Assembly: GCA_913031285.1 (NCBI GenBank)
Contig: CAJWEI010000006.1
Span: 2,401 to 66,400 of the forward strand
DNA from: an uncultured Alphaproteobacteria bacterium
GTDB lineage: Bacteria > Pseudomonadota > Alphaproteobacteria > Rhodobacterales > Rhodobacteraceae
Length of the DNA stretch: 64,000 bases
Direction: 5' to 3'
Part shown: in pieces, positions 57,853-64,000 of the stretch
How the letters are laid out: the number at the start of each line of letters is the position of its first letter
Numbering within the stretch: position 1 is the first letter of the stretch
Program-made: the position numbers and the translations under genes
Notes under the pieces: generated by a model
The model's database searches: none
The model's input: the letters and a program-made list of their open reading frames with translations, nothing else
Told to the model about the DNA's origin: nothing

Positions 57853-60358
57853 AGCCAGTTAAACTAACAACTACTAAAATAGCTCTCCAACCTTCTTTTG
57901 AATTTCTCTAGTGATTCCCTCTTCATAGCTCCTCAACAAACTTTTTTTGTTTAGCTGGTGGTCAGTATTTTTGTCAGCAGTTTCTGGTTACTAAATTCAG
58001 GATTAATTAAATGGCGAAGTGTAAAGCTTTTAATCAGGCGATTTACTGCCCATGCTTTGTCTGCCATCCTTAAAATCCATACTACTAAATATGACAATCA
58101 AATCTGGGATTGTTTCATACTGTCGCAATCCGTTTCATTTACAAGAGAGCGTTTGACAAAACTAAACCCAGGTAATTTGATGCTAATGCATTTGGAGATA
58201 ATATAAATGGATAAATTAGCTGTAATTGACGGTGACCAAACCCGGTGTGTTTATGATCGGCGCAAGGCGTTGGTCGCAGAGCAGTGGGCTGAGTATCAAG
58301 AGGCTAAAAGCCCCGTGCATCTCGCAGTTATACGTCGAGAGTTGCATTTCTTTGACCATCCAGAAGTGGGATAGGAAATCGCAAAATTGTTGACTGCTGA
58401 TTATTTTCAGGAATTAGATCGGTTTTCCGACCCTTGCCCTTAACTTAAGCGCAATCCTTTACTCTCTGAGGAATTGTAGGGTAACAAGTATCCACGAGAA
58501 AATCAATTAATATAGGATAATAAAGATGAACCTTAGAGAAAAGTGGGAAGCTTCATTCGGCGAAGGCACTAAAGCTGATCTAGATTACGGCAAGCTAGTA
58601 ATTCTAGGATTATGTGTCTACATCGCAATACAAGTATCTTAAGAAACTCCTGATGTCAGTTATAATTGAAGTCTTTGACAAAATACTGGCTGACATTATT
58701 TGGCTGCTGAAAAGGGGCAAGCTAGGTACTTTCCTTTTTGTAGTCTTGGTTGTTGTTTTAGCATTATTCTATTTCTTAAAGCTGGTTTTTCTTTTGAACC
58801 ACTGATTAAAAAAGTATCGAGATACAGAACATGAGTGACGACGCAGACCGATTAAAGATGATATTTTCAAGTCAGGGAGCTGAAGCATTAGACGACGCGT
58901 TACAGAAACTACCTGAAGGCTCACCTGTTCGCGAGGAACTTAATGAATGGCGGAAGGCTTTTGAGGAAACAAGTTTTGATTGACGCAAAAAAAGTGAAGT
59001 GCAAAACGATTTGTGTTAGTAACTTGGAAAAAGTAGAGTATTTTTCATTAGCAAAATTAAATATCCTTTGATAAAAACTACCGGTTTGGTTTAACGCTCT
59101 CGTCGAATCTGTTCTGCTTTACCCATGCCATTCAGTAGACGTCCTCAAACCTCTTCATGTGCGGTATCTTAAACATATCTAGCTTTTGATATTCAGATGC
59201 CAGGGGCATATGGTTCGCCATGGTAAGCAAAATAAATGTCGTCCTCCACCAAAAAATTACAAGCACAAACCACCAACAAGAACACGATCTACACGTACAT
59301 TGTGTATTTCGTATATTTAATAAACATTGCAAAACCCGCTTCCGCTTGGTCTTGTGCTTGTTTAGTAGTATCACCCATGGTATGCGACACTAACTATCAG
59401 AAAGCGTAGAGCTGTGTGCGCGAAGTCATATGTTTACAATAAAGTTAGGAAAGAAACTTGCTGAGGTTTTTCTTGAAGCAGGGTCCTGCGTTCTTTTAAT
59501 ATCAGCCTGATCAAGCTCTTTCCGTACGGCCTCTACAGATCTATGCACGATCTCGCTGCCAGATACTCCAATGTAATTTAGGTCACATTGGCTCAGCTTA
59601 TTCACAACCTGACTGGCCACAGATTTAGTACGGGAGATAACTATCGCTCTCTAAATATTTCTGAACAATTCAATGTTCATTTTCAATAAAATAAAAATAG
59701 AGACGCAGACGTTTATACTTGGGAGAAAGTATTGGTAGCAGTGTTAGCTTCTATTAACGAGATGTACCCTTTTATAAGCAAATAATATCAGACAAAGCAG
59801 AAATGCTGCCATGCAGCAATTTCATATCTCAGAACGCAAGAACGCCCACTTGGCCTGCTTATTGCCTTACTAACGTTTAGATGAAACGGCAGCAGGTAGA
59901 AAAATGAACAAACAATGGATAGAACAATTACGCGCAGAGTTCACTAAAGAAACAGGTTTGGACTGGCACAACGATTATTTTCAAGACTGGCTGAAACGAA
60001 AATTACTGCCTGAAGTCTTCAAACCACAAACGCTTCACTAAAATAAAAAAGTTCGGGTAAGGGCAATCTAATTTCGATCAAATATAATTGGAATGCTTGG
60101 AGGCGGGTACCAGAAACTAACCGGTGTACACGGATTTGCAATTGATCCATGTCTAATAGACGCAATGTCCTTGAGTGGCTTATAGTGCAAATTATTCCGT
60201 GTGTACAAATTTTTGTACGCACGAGTATCAGCTAAAATTAAATCAAGCGTCTGTTTTATTTATACTTTATCAGATACGTGTCATGATAAAGAGTTAAAAT
60301 GCACGGTTTAGTTACGTCTGTACTGTTTGATGATAAATAGCTTTGAGCAGAAATACAG

Positions 60359-60586
60359 ATGTACTCAGATAAAAAATACAACTTTGAAAATGAGCTGTTG
60401 AAACCAAAAATTGCAAAAACCGATCAATTGGCAAAAGCAGTGAGTGCAACTGAGCTGTGCCCTTTTGATAAAGCCAGCGTCCAGTTAATCAATCAAGACA
60501 AAGACGTTCTTGAGCTTGTGGCATTCAGAGATCAAAGGGCTAGTTGTTCGTTTCAGCAGATACCAGTGTGGTGCCTTAAAGATTAA
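60359..60586 (+). CDS. Hypothetical small protein
   Basis: 75 aa ORF with ordinary amino-acid composition. No motif recognised. A palindromic element lies upstream. Confidence 0.3.
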   Translation: MYSDKKYNFENELLKPKIAKTDQLAKAVSATELCPFDKASVQLINQDKDVLELVAFRDQRASCSFQQIPVWCLKD

Positions 60587-62058
60587 AGACTGATCCTAAC
60601 AATATTTTTGACTGTCGTATGGTGGTAAGTTTGAAAGAACTGAATTTAGGCAAAATTAATATTGGCCCAAAGTGAGAGGGAAACAACGCTTAGCAACAAG
60701 TGACCATCCAACACCAGCACGATGCTCTACAAACTCGTATCAGCAGCAGCCCTCATATTGCGTGTGTGCCCTGCGTTTGTTAGCACAGTAAATGGGAGAC
60801 AGCAAAACCTGTGTAGCCTTACTCTTGTGTGCATGTGCATAACAAAAAAATTCAGAAAAAGTTTGCCATACTTGCGCCTGACAGCGCGTGGATGTGACTA
60901 CTGCTTAGGAAAACTCATTAATCAAATATTCATTAAAAAAATTAATCGAACTAAGTGCAAGTTAAGATTGCATAGCAATGTGGAAATTGTCGCTTGCTGT
61001 TAGGCAATCATAACCATTGACCCCTTAAATAATTTTACAACAAGGAGATATCACATGTCATTCATTAAACCGGGATATCTAGAACTAAAAGCAATCGACC
61101 CAATTTTAACCACAACTGAATTCAGCACTTAATGGCGCAAAAAGTGCAATTCCTACTACAGGTCATATAAAACCAGAAACAGGGATATGACATTTCATAC
61201 AATGATGTGTTTTTTAATCAATCTAAGTAAAAAGACAGATGTATTGCGTATGTATTATAACAACGCCTTAATTCATCAAAAAGCAGATCAGTGTCAAACT
61301 CTCAGAGATTTAACAGGTCACACTGAGAATTTCTACTCGGTGAACTAAATAAAAAGTCGACATAATTTGATGCTGACTTTATTTTTTATTCATGAAGTAA
61401 TCAGCACATTGGCTGCAAAAGAAACTCTGTAGAGAATAGCAGCACGAAGCGTGATCGAAGAAAAACCTCAAAGCCTCAAGTCAAAACTGGGAATGCCAAA
61501 CTGATCCACTAGCGCAACATCAGCGTGTTATTATTGTGAATAATGATACACACACCGTCAGAGAGCCTGATGCTCTGGACAGAGTATTAAGCTGATAGAG
61601 GTACTCATACAGTCACCACACTTAGCTTTTGGTATGATTTTTTGGGCTTACGTAGCTTGGTTCATACTGGCCTTGTAAGTCGGACAAGAGACACACTAAC
61701 CAGCACTTGAGAACTTTTAATAGTGGTCTTGAAGTGACGTAAATGGCTGATCCCTTGGGTTGTACATGCCGTTGCTCTTAGTTTTAAAACCCACCTCACT
61801 GGCACAGCTCAAACACATACAACGTGGTTAGGAGGTGTGACCCATGCATTACCTTAAATGCAAACGATAATGCCATATTACCAGCTGATCTTCCAAAAAT
61901 ATTTAAAAAAAATTTGCAATACTTTAATATCAAATTCTAGTGTGACAGAAGCACTCAGTGCGACAGAAAGTTACAAATCTAATTTCAATTTACATCCGTA
62001 ATTATTTTAAATTGTTTTTACCGATTAGCTAAAATTAGCCCTAACACATGAGGAAAAA

Positions 62059-62199
62059 ATGCAGAAAAAGTACAAAGCCCAGAGCAAGTCAAAAGTAAAA
62101 AATCCAACACTAAAGCAAACCATACTCCAGAGTTTTCCCGTAGCACTGATGTTTGCCAGTTTCCATGTCGTAGCTGCAATTCAGGCTACATTTACATAA
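62059..62199 (+). CDS. Candidate small protein (46 aa): Lys-rich N-terminus, hydrophobic C-terminus
   Basis: MQKKYKAQSKSKVKNPTLKQTILQSFPVALMFASFHVVAAIQATFT. GAGGA lies 4 nt upstream of the ATG. Three hairpins follow immediately. This is below the ORF-track length cutoff and is my own translation. Confidence 0.3.
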   Translation: MQKKYKAQSKSKVKNPTLKQTILQSFPVALMFASFHVVAAIQATFT

Positions 62200-62204
62200 A
62201 AGAT

Positions 62205-62308
62205 TTAGCGGTCAGGTCGTCTTGATTTGCGAACCTTACCGCTAATGGTCCTCTTCAAACATCCCCAAGCAAGAGGACCCTCCCCCGCTTTTCTGTCGGA
62301 AGCGGGGG
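62205..62308 (+). other. Three tandem perfect stem-loops (structured RNA, complex terminator or recombination site)
   Basis: TTAGCGGT/ACCGCTAA (62205-62245, extended internally by AGGTCG/CGA-ACCT). GGTCCTCTT/AAGAGGACC (62247-62279). CCCCCGCTT/AAGCGGGGG (62282-62308). A GCGCTTTTT run lies 7 nt further on. Confidence 0.5.
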
Positions 62309-62957
62309 TTCATACAGCGCTTTTTGGAACAGATCAGTCCAAGCTACGTATTGTCTCAATCTCCGTCGACTGATAATCATCAGCATTTTCTAAAAAGTTA
62401 ACATTTCAGCATTATCTGTCTTCAAAAACTTAGTATACATCTTGTAACACATTTGGGCCACATTGGCACACCTCTAGGATGGCTCATGGATTGACAGACA
62501 GTATTAATCGTGTGGATTTTTAAGCAGGAATAGATGTAAGATAGTTCTGAAGATGCCAGAGGCCGTGTGGGGCCGCAAATAAAATCAATGACTTTACATA
62601 AATAGACACTAAACCTTTTGTTTTTCAGCAAGACAAAGTGTCGTAGAAGTGCGTTTCTTTGCGGTGACAAGAGGCTGTAAATAGTCCATTGCGGCAGGCC
62701 AATTTCGTTACCCCAAAAATAGATGTTTTAAATTAGGCTAAATATCTGTAATCCAAAATTTCTAAGCCTTTTGTTGTTTCTGCTCACTCGTGAGCGTGCG
62801 CGACCTTGCTTATTAGCACTTCTGATATCGCACTGCATATCCAATGCAGTAAGGCTTTTTGGGGGTTACGTGCCTCTTCAATCATCCCTCAGTTCACCCC
62901 CATCTCGCGACTGTCCAAGTGTGACCTCGGCTCATTGCCTTTGGCGATAATAGCCTT

Positions 62958-64000
62958 CTACGCTATCAACCCACTGTAGCTATCATTCACATCGCCCATC
63001 AGAATGCCCGTAAGGCCAATAGTCGTATCCACTGATAAGTCAGCTATGCTAACGCCCTCTGCGAAGCTAGTGTTGGACTTGCTTACACCAGAGTAATCGC
63101 CGTTCGCATCAACAAAGACCCACTTGGCTTGTCCAGTAGTTTCTAGACCAACTGAGTACTTAAGGATTGATAGAGCGTCCTGTGAAGTCACTTTACCGTC
63201 TTTATTGAAGTCCGCTGACATAAAGTCAAAAGCCCTTTTGGTTCCAGCAGAGGTTGCAAGCCCAACAGATAGCTTTAAAGCGTCCAGCGCGTCTTGGGAA
63301 CTTATTGCCTTGCTAGAAGTGGAATAGGCGAGGCTGGCCGTCACATTAGAAATTGATCCTGCATTTAGTGCTACAGTTACATTTCCATCAGCGTCACTTT
63401 TATAGAGTGAGCTATTAATACCATCACTCATAATAACGTCCGCATTGAAAATTTTAGAGCCATCGCGCGTTGCTACTACCGCTATTACCTTATGTGTTGT
63501 CTCTGGATCCCAAATATACCCTGATAGCCCTTGGTCATTATCTTGAAACATTGAGCGCAATGTTTCAACGTCTGGCTTACTTAGCACTGGCGCAAAATAT
63601 TCATTGAATAGTGCAAATCCCAATGGATTATTTTCTTTAACACCTTCAGGAGTACGCACGTTATCAGCCCATTCCCCTTCGAGCATTCCAAGGCCATTAG
63701 CATCTTTGTCGGGCCAAAACTCTGAGCCATACTCCCACATCCCAAAATTTAGCAAATAGGTATATTCCTTAGATGCAACTGCATATGTCTCCGGATTTGT
63801 ATAGTCCGCGTCATTATAGCCGCTAATATCAAATGCACCATTATTAACAGCTTCTTTTAGCGCAAAATACAGTTCAGTAGTATTCCAGCCGGCCGTATCT
63901 ATATCTGCATTCAATGCTTGTACTGATCCGTTTACTCCTCCGCGAACACCATAAACATGGATCGTATGCATCAAATGTTCCAGTAATTCCTGAATATCAG
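62958..64000 (-). CDS. Secreted protein with C-terminal dockerin-like (EF-hand-type) repeats, partial (N-terminus beyond the window)
   Basis: The frame stays open upstream of the ORF-track start to position 64000. The C-terminus has ISSQDALDALKLSVGL and DFNKDGKVTSQDALSILKYSVGL, i.e. a DxNxDGxV loop plus a helix, present twice. Confidence 0.65.
   Translation of the reverse strand, partial: DIQELLEHLMHTIHVYGVRGGVNGSVQALNADIDTAGWNTTELYFALKEAVNNGAFDISGYNDADYTNPETYAVASKEYTYLLNFGMWEYGSEFWPDKDANGLGMLEGEWADNVRTPEGVKENNPLGFALFNEYFAPVLSKPDVETLRSMFQDNDQGLSGYIWDPETTHKVIAVVATRDGSKIFNADVIMSDGINSSLYKSDADGNVTVALNAGSISNVTASLAYSTSSKAISSQDALDALKLSVGLATSAGTKRAFDFMSADFNKDGKVTSQDALSILKYSVGLETTGQAKWVFVDANGDYSGVSKSNTSFAEGVSIADLSVDTTIGLTGILMGDVNDSYSGLIA

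Noticed and set aside
59132-59620. The 64-aa and 80-aa minus-strand ORFs lie in the same frame, suggesting one decayed gene
   Set aside because: The joined translation is Cys/Trp/Arg-rich and low-complexity (..CTCRSCSCWWFVLVIFWWRTT..). It does not look like a former protein.
61789-61870. AGGAGG-led 8-codon ORF (MHYLKCKR) with an upstream CACCTC anti-SD word, as a possible riboregulator
   Set aside because: The pairing is only 6 bp and the ORF is tiny. There is not enough evidence to separate it from chance in AT-rich DNA.
62832-62860. Hairpin ACTGCAT/ATGCAGT followed by a T run as the terminator of the dockerin-like gene
   Set aside because: The T run lies on the + strand, 5 nt after the stem. 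This is the wrong orientation for the minus-strand gene, and the element is too weak to call as a + strand terminator without a defined upstream transcript.
54382-62957. Search for CRISPR arrays or regularly spaced direct repeats in the gene-poor parts of the AT-rich region
   Set aside because: Reading both strands, I found no repeat-spacer periodicity. I saw only isolated palindromes and two-copy short repeats, which are reported separately.

Overview
The window looks like chromosomal DNA from a marine-type alphaproteobacterium. This is an inference from gene content: MipZ, an RpoE/ChrR-type ECF pair, an NDUFS4-like ETC subunit and PmbA followed by an inositol monophosphatase. I cannot name the species.

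Positions 1-51.9 kb are densely coding and mostly housekeeping or catabolic:
- a partial formate-dehydrogenase-alpha-like gene at the left edge, missing from the ORF track
- a LYS1-like plus LYS9-like saccharopine dehydrogenase pair
- the rpoE-chrR pair, divergent from a FAD-oxidoreductase/DUF1365/MFS/SDR operon
- pmbA, mutL-rmuC, mipZ and uvrB
- a MarR-controlled homogentisate cluster (hmgA, fahA, MBL-fold protein, FAD monooxygenase, DUF2783)
- an HpcH-type aldolase, a TPP enzyme and a BKACE enzyme
- a CocE/NonD hydrolase, a cysteine-synthase-like gene, a peptide-type ABC importer operon, tRNA-Gln(UUG) and nth

From about 51.9 kb onward the sequence is visibly more AT-rich and patchy. It holds a decayed tyrosine-integrase remnant and a roughly 5.1 kb stretch (57853-62957) with no ORF longer than 93 codons. 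That stretch has many small same-strand ORFs, palindromes and three tandem perfect hairpins. A partial secreted protein with dockerin-like repeats lies at the right edge.

I see at least three well-supported pseudogenes (GST, pobA, integrase) and one weaker one (GntR-type regulator). I found no CRISPR array, no rRNA, no intact transposase and no recognisable known defence system.

The best candidates for something undescribed are hypotheses only. One is the ORF-poor structured segment at 57.9-63 kb. The other is the non-canonical gene set fused to the homogentisate operon: an MBL-fold protein with a degenerate metal motif sits where maleylacetoacetate isomerase usually is, followed by a translationally coupled monooxygenase-DUF2783 pair. 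All family assignments come from reading the translations by eye; no database search was run.
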